NCBI GenBank assembly: GCA_964370075.1
Contig: CAYJHC010000001.1
Span: 170 to 64,169 of the forward strand
DNA: 64,000 bases
Direction of reading: 5' to 3'
From: an uncultured Oscillospiraceae bacterium
GTDB taxonomy: Bacteria > Bacillota > Clostridia > Peptostreptococcales > Anaerovoracaceae
Below, piece by piece: positions 56,140 to 64,000 of the stretch; position 1 is the first letter of the stretch, and each line of letters begins with the position of its first letter. The notes below the pieces were generated by a model that was not told where the DNA came from, searched no databases, and saw only the letters and a list, made by a program, of their open reading frames with translations. The position numbers and the translations under genes were made by a program.

Positions 56140-57024
56140 ATGAATCGTATTAAACTAATAGGGACGCTTTGCGTGTTTGGTACAACTATAGCATATGGAA
56201 TAATGCCTTCTATTTCATTCTTATCTTTTGGGGTAGGTGTAGAAACTGAAACTTTACTTTTTAGTAAATTCTTTTATTCTGCACTGCTTTTATGGATCTT
56301 TATTTTTATAAAAAAACTTCCATGGAAGCTAGAAAAAGAGGCCATAAAACCAATGTTCGTTATATCAATTGCATATATTGGGATTGCAACTACATTATAT
56401 ATTTCATTTGATTATATTTCAGGTTCGCTTGCAACCATAGTATCATTTACTTTTCCAGCAATAATCGTAGCTGTTGAAATGATTAGAAGAATAGAACCAG
56501 TTCGAATATCAAAGATAACTGCCGTAGTTATTTCCATGATAGGAATGATATTAGTAATCTGGGGGCCAGATATGTCTGGAAACATTATTGGTATTGCATT
56601 TGCTTTTGGAACAGCCATTTGCTATGTGTTTTATATATTTGGACTTTCAGCAGAGCCGATTAGAAAAATGAACGCATTCGTAGTTTCTGGGTATATACTT
56701 GGAACTTCAACACTATTTAATATGGTTAGATGCTTAATAAGTGGACAACCTTTAATGGTAGAGAATATGACTCAGCTAGGATACATGTTATTTTTAGCAA
56801 TTTTCTGCGCATTTCTAGCAATACTATTAAATGCAAAGGGTGTTAAAATGATTGGCCCTGGAAATGCAGCAATAATTAATACAGTTGAACCGCTGTTTGC
56901 ATGTGTATTTGGATATTTACTAATTGGAGATGTATTAACTTCAAATATAATAATGGGAGGGGCCTTAATAATGGGGGCAGTATTAATTTCCAATTGGCCG
57001 AACAAGAAAACTGAAAAAATTTAA
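56140..57024 (+). CDS. EamA/DMT-family transporter
   Basis: Ten predicted TM helices in two EamA-like halves. Confidence 0.8.
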   Translation: MNRIKLIGTLCVFGTTIAYGIMPSISFLSFGVGVETETLLFSKFFYSALLLWIFIFIKKLPWKLEKEAIKPMFVISIAYIGIATTLYISFDYISGSLATIVSFTFPAIIVAVEMIRRIEPVRISKITAVVISMIGMILVIWGPDMSGNIIGIAFAFGTAICYVFYIFGLSAEPIRKMNAFVVSGYILGTSTLFNMVRCLISGQPLMVENMTQLGYMLFLAIFCAFLAILLNAKGVKMIGPGNAAIINTVEPLFACVFGYLLIGDVLTSNIIMGGALIMGAVLISNWPNKKTEKI

Positions 57025-57202
57025 TAAATAAAATGCTCTATAGGCTTTGTGTTTGTAGAGTTTTTTCTTTAGAAAACAATAGAGTGATGGTATTAACTAA
57101 AGTCTTAAATAATAAAAAGAAATTGATGAAAAATAAGGGGAAACTAGGTTATGCAAAACATAACAAAAAATTATATATGTATTGAAATATTATGTTAATA
57201 TG

Positions 57203-57244
57203 TTAAACTAAATCTATTATGTTTGCCAAGATTAATTAGTTTAA
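57203..57244. repeat. Inverted repeat TTAAACTAA ... TTAGTTTAA in the leader of the NuoE-like operon
   Basis: 9-bp perfect arms separated by 24 nt. The same 9-mer forms the palindrome at 26971-26984. Confidence 0.6.
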
Positions 57245-57263
57245 TAAGAAAGGAAGAGGAAGT

Positions 57264-57773
57264 ATGAATGAAGAAAAAATGTTGACTCTCGGTGATGCAG
57301 AACAGATAAAAAAACTAGAAATGGTTTTAGAAAAGTATGCAAAATCATCAGGAAGTTTAATTACAATACTTCAAAAAGCTCAGGATATATTTGGATATCT
57401 ATCACCAGAAGTAATTGTTGAAATTGCAGAAGCAACCGGGGTTACTCCTGCAAAGATTTATGGGGTTGCTACTTTCTATGCTCAGTTTAGAATGGAGCCT
57501 ATAGGGAAACATTTAATCATGTTATGTAAAGGAACCGCATGTCATGTAAATGGTGCTGACATTATTGAAGAAGCGATTACTGAGCATTTAAGTATTGGAG
57601 ATGGAGAAACTACAGAAGATGGATTATTTACATTAAACAATGTAGCATGTCTTGGTTGCTGTTCTTTGGCGCCTGTACTAATGGTTAAAACAGGGGAAGA
57701 TGATGAAACTTATGGGAACTTGACTAAGGATTCTGTAAAAGATGTTTTAGACCAAATTAGAGCTAATGGTTAA
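57264..57773 (+). CDS. NuoE/HydC-like [2Fe-2S] subunit (StnA-like)
   Basis: CKGTACHVNG ... CLGCCSLAPV thioredoxin-like [2Fe-2S] motif. Confidence 0.88.
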   Translation: MNEEKMLTLGDAEQIKKLEMVLEKYAKSSGSLITILQKAQDIFGYLSPEVIVEIAEATGVTPAKIYGVATFYAQFRMEPIGKHLIMLCKGTACHVNGADIIEEAITEHLSIGDGETTEDGLFTLNNVACLGCCSLAPVLMVKTGEDDETYGNLTKDSVKDVLDQIRANG

Positions 57774-57785
57774 GGAGGAGAGAGA

Positions 57786-59534
57786 ATGAGAGTAATCGTA
57801 GGATCTGGGAGTTGCGGAATAGCGACAGGAGCAAGAAAAGCTCGGCTTGAGTTTGAAAAACAAATAGCAGAAAAAAATATAGATGTTGAAGTGGACATTA
57901 CAGGGTGTGTAGGTACTTGTTACCTAGAACCAATAGTAGATGTTTATGAAGATAATGGGGATTTAACTAGATATGTTGGAGTACAAGTTGAAAATGTCTC
58001 TAAAATAGTTGACGAACATTTAGTAGGAGGAACTCCAGTAAAAGAAATGACAATTTCAGAAGACGATATAGCTTTTCTTGAAAAGCAAGAAAGAGTTGTT
58101 CTTAGAAATTGTGGGATTATTAATCCTGAAAAAATTGATGAATACATAAGCAATGATGGGTACAAGGCAGCAGAAAAAGTTATTACTTCAATGTCTCAAG
58201 AAGAAGTAATTGATGAGGTTAAGGTATCTGGACTAAGAGGAAGAGGTGGAGCAGGGTTTCCAACTTGGTTTAAATGGAATGCAGCTAGAGTAAATAATGG
58301 AAAAGATAAGTACATGGTATGTAATGCTGATGAAGGAGACCCAGGAGCCTTCATGGATAGATCAGTATTAGAAGGAGACCCACACTCACTAATTGAAGGA
58401 ATGATAATTGGTGGATTTGCAATGGGAGCTACTGAAGGAGTTATTTATGTTAGAGCTGAATATCCTTTAGCAATTAGCAGACTTGAAATTGCAATGGATC
58501 AAGCAAGAGAAAGAGGGTTCCTAGGAAAGAATTTGTTTGGAACTGACTATAATTTTGATTTAAGAATAAAAGCGGGTGCAGGAGCATTTGTATGTGGTGA
58601 AGAAACTGCCCTTATAGCATCACTAGAAGGTGAAAGAGGTATGCCTAGACTTAAACCTCCTTTCCCGGCACAAAAAGGCTTCTGGCAAATGCCAACTAAT
58701 ATTAACAACGTAGAAACTTTTGCAAATGTTCCTTGGATTTTGTTAAATGGAGGAGCTGCTTTTGGCGCTATGGGAACTGAGTTGAGTAATGGCACTAAAG
58801 TTTTCGCACTGGCTGGAAAAATTAAAAAAGGTGGATTAATTGAGGTCCCAATGGGATTGCCTCTTAAATCAGCAATATTTGAAATTGGTGGTGGAATAAA
58901 AGAAGATAAAGAATTCAAAGCGGTTCAAATGGGTGGTCCTTCTGGAGGATGTATTCCGGCTGAACTTATTGATACACCTGTAGACTATGAGAATATTAAT
59001 AAGACTGGAGCTATTGTTGGATCTGGTGGAATGATAGTTATGGATGAAACAACATGTATGGTAGATATGGCTAGATACTTCTTAGACTTTACTAAAAAAG
59101 AATCTTGCGGCAAGTGTAACTATTGTAGAATAGGTACAAAGAGAATGCTTGAAATCTTAGAAAGAATTACAGCTGGTGAAGGTAAAGATGGAGATATTGA
59201 GTTACTAGAAGAACTTTCATACAAAATCAAGGATGGATCTATGTGTGGACTTGGACAAACTGCTCCTAATCCAGTATTAACTACAATTAAATATTTTAGA
59301 AATGAGTATGAAGACCATATTTATAATAAAAAATGTACTGCAAAATCATGTAAGCCATTAATAACTTTTACTATTAATAGTGGCTGTAAAGGATGTACAT
59401 TATGTGCAAAGAAATGTCCAGTAAATGCTATTGAAGGAGAAATAAAGAAGCTTCACGTAGTAGATCAAGAACTATGTATTAAATGTGGAAGATGTAGTGA
59501 AGTATGTCGTTTCAATGCAGTAGATATAGATTAG
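57786..59534 (+). CDS. NuoF/HydB-like FMN- and NADH-binding subunit (StnB-like)
   Basis: N-terminal thioredoxin-like Cys cluster, GRGGAGFPT (FMN), NADEGDPGAF (NADH), ESCGKCNYCR (N3 cluster), and two C-terminal CxxCxxCxxxCP ferredoxin motifs. Confidence 0.9.
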   Translation: MRVIVGSGSCGIATGARKARLEFEKQIAEKNIDVEVDITGCVGTCYLEPIVDVYEDNGDLTRYVGVQVENVSKIVDEHLVGGTPVKEMTISEDDIAFLEKQERVVLRNCGIINPEKIDEYISNDGYKAAEKVITSMSQEEVIDEVKVSGLRGRGGAGFPTWFKWNAARVNNGKDKYMVCNADEGDPGAFMDRSVLEGDPHSLIEGMIIGGFAMGATEGVIYVRAEYPLAISRLEIAMDQARERGFLGKNLFGTDYNFDLRIKAGAGAFVCGEETALIASLEGERGMPRLKPPFPAQKGFWQMPTNINNVETFANVPWILLNGGAAFGAMGTELSNGTKVFALAGKIKKGGLIEVPMGLPLKSAIFEIGGGIKEDKEFKAVQMGGPSGGCIPAELIDTPVDYENINKTGAIVGSGGMIVMDETTCMVDMARYFLDFTKKESCGKCNYCRIGTKRMLEILERITAGEGKDGDIELLEELSYKIKDGSMCGLGQTAPNPVLTTIKYFRNEYEDHIYNKKCTAKSCKPLITFTINSGCKGCTLCAKKCPVNAIEGEIKKLHVVDQELCIKCGRCSEVCRFNAVDID

Positions 59535-59547
59535 TGGGAGGAATAAA

Positions 59548-62500
59548 ATGAACAAGTTTAGATTAAATATTAATGGAAAAGAAGTTCTTGCGACTCCAGG
59601 ACAAACAATTTTGGAAGTGGCAACGGAAAACGGTATTCACATTCCTACACTTTGTTTTGATGAAAGAACTGAAATATATGGATCATGTGGAATCTGCGTA
59701 TGTGAAGTAGAAGGCAACCCAAAGATGGTAAAAGCCTGTGCAACTTATATAGCAGATGGCATGGTTATAAAAACAAATACTGAAAGAGTTAGAGAGTCGA
59801 GAAAAACTAACTTAGAGCTTTTACTTTCAAATCACGTTGGAGATTGTAGGCCACCATGTGTATTAGAATGTCCAGCTCAAACAGACTGCCAAGGTTATGT
59901 AGGTCTTATTGCTAATGGTGAATATGAAGAAGCTATAGCTCTTGCCTTTGAAAAAATTCCACTACCAGCATCTTTAGGGAGAGTATGTCCACACCCTTGC
60001 GAAGACGCTTGTAGAAGAAAATATATTGAAGAGCCTGTATCCATTCAAATTTTAAAGAGATTTATTGCGGATGAGAATCTAGGCCAAGAAGAACCTTATC
60101 TTCCAGAAATTGATGAGGAGACAGGTAAAAGAATTGCAATTATTGGTGGAGGTCCAATGGGATTGTCTGCAGCCTTTTTCTTGAGACAAAGAGGCCATGG
60201 AGTAACAGTATTTGAAAGCATGCCTAAAGCAGGTGGAATGCTTCGATATGGTATACCAGAATACAGACTTCCAAATGAGGTTTTAGATGATGAGATTTCA
60301 TTAATAGAAGAAATGGGAGTAGAAATAATAACAAATACTAAAATAGGAGCAGACATTCCATTTGAAGTACTTCAAGATGATTTTGATGCAATTATTCTAG
60401 GTATTGGAGCTTGGGTGTCAACAGGAGTAGGATGCAAAGGTGAAGATGCTGAGGGAGTAATTGGAGGTATTGATTTCTTAAGAAAAGTAGTTAGAAATGA
60501 ATATGTTAACCTAGGTAAAAATGTTGCAATTGTAGGTGGTGGTAATACGGCTATGGATGCTGTTCGAACTTCAATAAGATTAGGTGCAGAGAAAGTATAT
60601 AATGTTTATAGAAGAACAAAAGACGAAATGCCTGCAGATACTATAGAGATAATAGAAGCAGATGAAGAAGGAGCAATTTTTAAAAACCTAACTAATCCAT
60701 TGGAGATTATTAAAGACGAGAATGGAAGAGTTAAGCAAATGGTTCTACAAGTAATGGAATTAGGAGAGCCAGATGAGTCAGGTAGAAGAGCGCCAAAACC
60801 AATAGAAGGCAAAACTGAAACTATTGATCTTGATACAGTAATATTAGCGATAGGACAAGCAGTTGACTCTTCTATGTTTGACACTGTAGATAAGACAAAA
60901 AGAGGAGCCATTGCATACGACCCAGAAACATTTAGAACTAGCATGCCAGGGGTGTTTGCAGGTGGTGATTGTGGTAACGATAAAATTTCAATCGCAGTTG
61001 AAGCTATAGCAGATGCTAAAAAGGTAGCAGATAGTGTAGATGCATACCTAGATGGGGAATTAGTTAAGTATGAGAAACCTTATGTAGTTACAAGAGATGA
61101 TATTTCAGAAAAAACATTTGAAGATAGAGAAAGAGAATGTAGGCCTGAAATGACAATACTTGAAGCTGAAGAACGTAGAAATAACTTTGCAGAAGTAATT
61201 CCATATGGATATACCGAAGAAGATGCTGTAGTTGAAGCAAACAGATGCCTTGAGTGTGGATGTAAAGATTATTTTGAGTGTAAATTAATTGATTTTGCCA
61301 ATGAATATGGAGTGAAGCCAGATAGATTTGCTGGTGACATTAATGTTACTGAGTTTGAAGATGATCATCCATTCATTGTTAGAGATCCAAATAAATGCAT
61401 ACTTTGTGGACTTTGTGTACGCGCTTGCGACGAAGTTATGGGAATTGGAGCTTTAGGCCTTGTTGAGAGGGGTTTTGATACTGTAGTAAAACCAGCATTA
61501 GAGAGAAACCTAGAAGAATCAGGATGCGTTTCTTGTGGACAATGTGTAAATGTTTGCCCAGTTGGAGCACTTCAAGAAAGACAATCTGTTGCAAAAGAAG
61601 TTCCAGTAGATACAGTAATAACTGATACGACTTGTTCTTATTGTTCGGTAGGTTGTAGTTTAGAGTTAGAATCAATTGGAGACATGCTGATTAAGGCAAA
61701 CCCTTCAAAAGAAGGGGAGGTAAATAAAGGTGTTTCTTGCGGAATGGGTAAGTTTGGATTTGATGCGGCTGTTTTAGATGGAAAGCTAACAGCACCATTA
61801 ATGAAGAAAGAAGGGCAATTTGAAGAAGTAGACTACCATGAGGCAATAATTGATGTGGCTAAACAAGCTGAAGCTGTAAAATATAGAAACGGAGCTGACT
61901 CAGTTGCAGTTGCTATATCAGATAGATATACTAACGAAGAAGCATATGCTATCTTGAAAATGGCAGGAGTAATGGGAGCAAAAGCACTTTCATTCAATTA
62001 TAGAGAAAGTGGCTTGAAAAAGGTAATAGGCCTTGACTCGTCACCAAATACTATAGATGAATTACTTTCTACTGATGTAATACTTGCTGTAGGCTTCAAT
62101 GTTGCTACTAGCCCAGTAATTAGACTGAAAATGAGAGAAGCAGCAAAGAATGGTGCTAAGGTAATCTTGGTTAACCCTGTTGGATACGAACAAAATATGG
62201 ACTTTGCTACTTGCATATACACGGCAAATGATATGTCTTTCCTTAAAGAAATAGCAAAAGAGTTAATAGAAGTTGGAAATAAAGCAGATGCTCCAAACTT
62301 TGATTGTTTTGTAGATTCACTAAAAGAGGTGAAAGTTTCTGAAGATGCAAAAATAGTTGCAGAGACTTATGGAAAAGCTAAGAAAGCTATGATTGTCTTT
62401 AGTCAAAACTTTGCTTCTGTTGATACAGCAACAATGATAGGAAATATTGCTCTATTATCTGGACATATTGGATCACCAAGGGACGGTATTCTTATGGTTA

Positions 62501-63054
62501 AGGCAAAAAATAATTCTCAAGGATTAGTTGATATGGGAATTAATTTAGGAGCAGAAGCTATGGAGGGTATAAAAGGATTATTGGTGTTTGGAGAGGACAT
62601 TGATCCAAAATATTTAGAGAACCTTGAGTTTTTGATGGTCTCAGATGTTTACATGACAGATGCAGCCATGGCAGCTGATGTTGTAATTCCTGGAACTGGA
62701 TTTGCTAGTGCAGAAGGAACATTTACTAATACTGAAAGAAGACTTCAAAGTGTTGAAGCAGCAGTAGATGAGGATGTTGACCTTTATAACTGGGAAATTG
62801 CTGCAGAGATAGCTCATGCATATGAAGTAGACTTCCCATTTGTAGATGAAGAAGATATCTCTTTAGAGATGGATGATGTTCTAGTGAGGTATAAATACGC
62901 AGAAATTGGAGAGGTGTTAGGAGGAGTATTAACTCCAGAAGAACCAAGTTTTGCGGTTGTTACGGGTAATACGTTTGTAGAGCCTCTAATGACTACAGAT
63001 GGACTAGCAAAGCTTATGAAGGAAAGAATTCCAGCACCACAAAAAATAAGTTAA
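59548..63054 (+). CDS. Fusion protein: [2Fe-2S] NuoG N-terminus + inserted GltD/NfnB-like NADPH-FAD module + 2x[4Fe-4S] + non-catalytic molybdopterin-oxidoreductase-like domain (StnC-like)
   Basis: N-terminal Fer2 cysteines. GltD signature (CRPPC..ECP, IAIIGGGPMGLSAA, VAIVGGGNTAMD, GGDC). CILCGLCVRAC and CVSCGQCVNVCP motifs. MopB N-terminal cluster CSYCSVGC. No Cys/Sec active-site motif is seen and the C-terminal cap domain looks absent. Confidence 0.8.
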   Translation: MNKFRLNINGKEVLATPGQTILEVATENGIHIPTLCFDERTEIYGSCGICVCEVEGNPKMVKACATYIADGMVIKTNTERVRESRKTNLELLLSNHVGDCRPPCVLECPAQTDCQGYVGLIANGEYEEAIALAFEKIPLPASLGRVCPHPCEDACRRKYIEEPVSIQILKRFIADENLGQEEPYLPEIDEETGKRIAIIGGGPMGLSAAFFLRQRGHGVTVFESMPKAGGMLRYGIPEYRLPNEVLDDEISLIEEMGVEIITNTKIGADIPFEVLQDDFDAIILGIGAWVSTGVGCKGEDAEGVIGGIDFLRKVVRNEYVNLGKNVAIVGGGNTAMDAVRTSIRLGAEKVYNVYRRTKDEMPADTIEIIEADEEGAIFKNLTNPLEIIKDENGRVKQMVLQVMELGEPDESGRRAPKPIEGKTETIDLDTVILAIGQAVDSSMFDTVDKTKRGAIAYDPETFRTSMPGVFAGGDCGNDKISIAVEAIADAKKVADSVDAYLDGELVKYEKPYVVTRDDISEKTFEDRERECRPEMTILEAEERRNNFAEVIPYGYTEEDAVVEANRCLECGCKDYFECKLIDFANEYGVKPDRFAGDINVTEFEDDHPFIVRDPNKCILCGLCVRACDEVMGIGALGLVERGFDTVVKPALERNLEESGCVSCGQCVNVCPVGALQERQSVAKEVPVDTVITDTTCSYCSVGCSLELESIGDMLIKANPSKEGEVNKGVSCGMGKFGFDAAVLDGKLTAPLMKKEGQFEEVDYHEAIIDVAKQAEAVKYRNGADSVAVAISDRYTNEEAYAILKMAGVMGAKALSFNYRESGLKKVIGLDSSPNTIDELLSTDVILAVGFNVATSPVIRLKMREAAKNGAKVILVNPVGYEQNMDFATCIYTANDMSFLKEIAKELIEVGNKADAPNFDCFVDSLKEVKVSEDAKIVAETYGKAKKAMIVFSQNFASVDTATMIGNIALLSGHIGSPRDGILMVKAKNNSQGLVDMGINLGAEAMEGIKGLLVFGEDIDPKYLENLEFLMVSDVYMTDAAMAADVVIPGTGFASAEGTFTNTERRLQSVEAAVDEDVDLYNWEIAAEIAHAYEVDFPFVDEEDISLEMDDVLVRYKYAEIGEVLGGVLTPEEPSFAVVTGNTFVEPLMTTDGLAKLMKERIPAPQKIS

Positions 63055-63100
63055 CCTAAGATTATTAGTTTGGTTAAGCAAAACTGAATACCTATAACAT

Positions 63101-63164
63101 AAAACGACATCAAAATAAATGGATTATTCGTATAATACATTTTGAAGTTGGTGTCGTTTTTTTA
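63101..63164 (+). terminator. Long interrupted hairpin terminator after the fusion gene
   Basis: AAAACGACATCAAAAT pairs with ATTTTGA(agttg)GTGTCGTTTT and is followed by a T7 run. Confidence 0.6.
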
Positions 63165-63487
63165 TGGAAATGAGAATTTTTAGTAAAGAGAATACCTATG
63201 CTACTAAATGGAAACCAGCTACTAATATAAATTTGCTACCTGCCATTGTGAAGCAAAGCTAAACAATACTGGCCGAGCATATAACTCTATAAATAATCAA
63301 TCTCATTTATCTTATTGAAGGAAATTAAGGGAATAATATGTAGGGAAATGTAATGGGTAGAAAAGGTGTTTTTTTTGTGTGAATTTAAAAAAGTAGTAAA
63401 AATACAGTTAAGAATATGGTAAAATAAATTACAAAATGAGATTTGATTTTATAATTGTCACATGAAATAATAAGGAGAATAACCGTT

Positions 63488-64000
63488 TTGAATTTAAAGT
63501 TTGAAGAATTTATTGAACTTATTGATGAACTACATGATGAAATAAATATTTGGGGAAAAGATTTAACTCTCCTATATATTAATAGGGCTTGCGAAAGGCA
63601 TTATGGCCTCTCAAAAGAAGAAATGATAGGGAAAAACTATTATGACTTAATGGGGAAGCAGTATTGGTACCCAGCGTTGCTCCCTTATGTTGCTGAAGCA
63701 AAGGTTCCGTTAATGAAGAATCAGCAAACACAAATGGGAGGAGAAATAATTAGTATCACTGTTCCAATTTTAAATGATGACGGGGAGTTGGAGTATGTAA
63801 TTTCTAGCGTAAGAGATAAAGACTCTACAGCTAGCCTAGCAAAATTCCTTGAAACAGAAGGGGAAAGCAATAAAGAAGAAGAGGAACAATTTATAGTTGC
63901 ATCTAAAATAGTATATAAAAGCCAAATAATGCAAGAAACAATTGACTTGGCAATAAAGCTTTCTGATGTAGATGCTCCTGTGATAATACTGGGAGAATCA
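63488..64000 (+). CDS. PAS-domain sigma-54-dependent transcriptional activator, 3' end beyond the window
   Basis: TTG 63488 lies 10 nt after AAGGAG. The frame stays open to the window end. A PAS-like segment (INRACERHYGLSKEEMIGKN) is followed by the start of an AAA+ domain (S..M....D.A.K.S..DAPVIILGES). Confidence 0.7.
   Translation, partial: MNLKFEEFIELIDELHDEINIWGKDLTLLYINRACERHYGLSKEEMIGKNYYDLMGKQYWYPALLPYVAEAKVPLMKNQQTQMGGEIISITVPILNDDGELEYVISSVRDKDSTASLAKFLETEGESNKEEEEQFIVASKIVYKSQIMQETIDLAIKLSDVDAPVIILGES

Noticed and set aside
59548-63054. Annotation of the large subunit as a formate dehydrogenase alpha subunit or as glutamate synthase.
   Set aside because: There is no Cys/Sec active-site segment and no in-frame TGA, the molybdopterin-like domain is truncated, and the GltD module is embedded in a NuoG-type scaffold with NuoE/NuoF partners. 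A transhydrogenase-type bifurcating enzyme is the better reading.
63230-63260. TGGCCGAGCATATAA as a sigma-54 promoter near the sigma-54 activator gene.
   Set aside because: There is no TTGC at the -12 position.
1-64000. Searched for CRISPR repeats, IS/transposase or integrase genes, prophage modules, restriction-modification, toxin-antitoxin or other defence-island signatures.
   Set aside because: No direct-repeat/spacer array, no transposase- or recombinase-like ORF, and no cluster of unexplained large ORFs. Every ORF over 150 aa has a housekeeping or metabolic assignment.

Overview
AT-rich, Firmicutes/Clostridia-type core chromosome. About 57 protein genes, almost all on the + strand, sit in classic housekeeping synteny blocks. 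These are rpsB-tsf-pyrH-frr-uppS-cdsA-dxr-rseP-ispG-polC; ung; dnaE-pfkA with a convergent Y-family polymerase; tRNA-Leu(CAA)-yajC, then secDF-relA-MBL-hemZ-hisS-aspS-nadD-yqeK-rsfS-leuS-rnj; ylbF-like/M24 peptidase/efp; mltG-trmR-U32; CNNM-mtaB-HIT-EamA. The window ends with a NuoE/NuoF/(NuoG+GltD fusion) flavin-bifurcation-type operon and the 5' part of a PAS/sigma-54 activator. I found no CRISPR array, IS or transposon, prophage, integrase, rRNA, or recognisable defence or toxin-antitoxin island. I cannot honestly point to a self-evident new multi-gene system. The window does contain several concrete oddities. (1) polC is intact and in frame but lacks the whole DEDDh proofreading exonuclease insert, while polC and dnaE both keep a full set of PHP metal-ligand motifs. 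(2) A DUF2325-DUF3793-flavodoxin-small membrane protein-P1B ATPase cluster has an S-C-A transmembrane motif in place of CPC, no CxxC metal-binding domain, and a promoter flanked by operator-like palindromes. (3) Two genes (ung and the DUF3793 gene) have conserved N-terminal coding sequence upstream of any ATG/GTG/TTG, and each has a strong SD exactly 8 nt before an AUA or AUU codon. (4) The 1168-aa GltD-in-NuoG fusion carries a cysteine/selenocysteine-less molybdopterin-like domain and looks like an Stn-type transhydrogenase rather than a formate dehydrogenase. (5) RNase J has a Lys-rich degenerate-repeat N-terminal extension. (6) The ampS leader has an A11 tract and a hairpin-split SD. (7) Several long perfect AT-rich palindromes are present. 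All functional calls come from reading motifs in the supplied translations; no database search was run.
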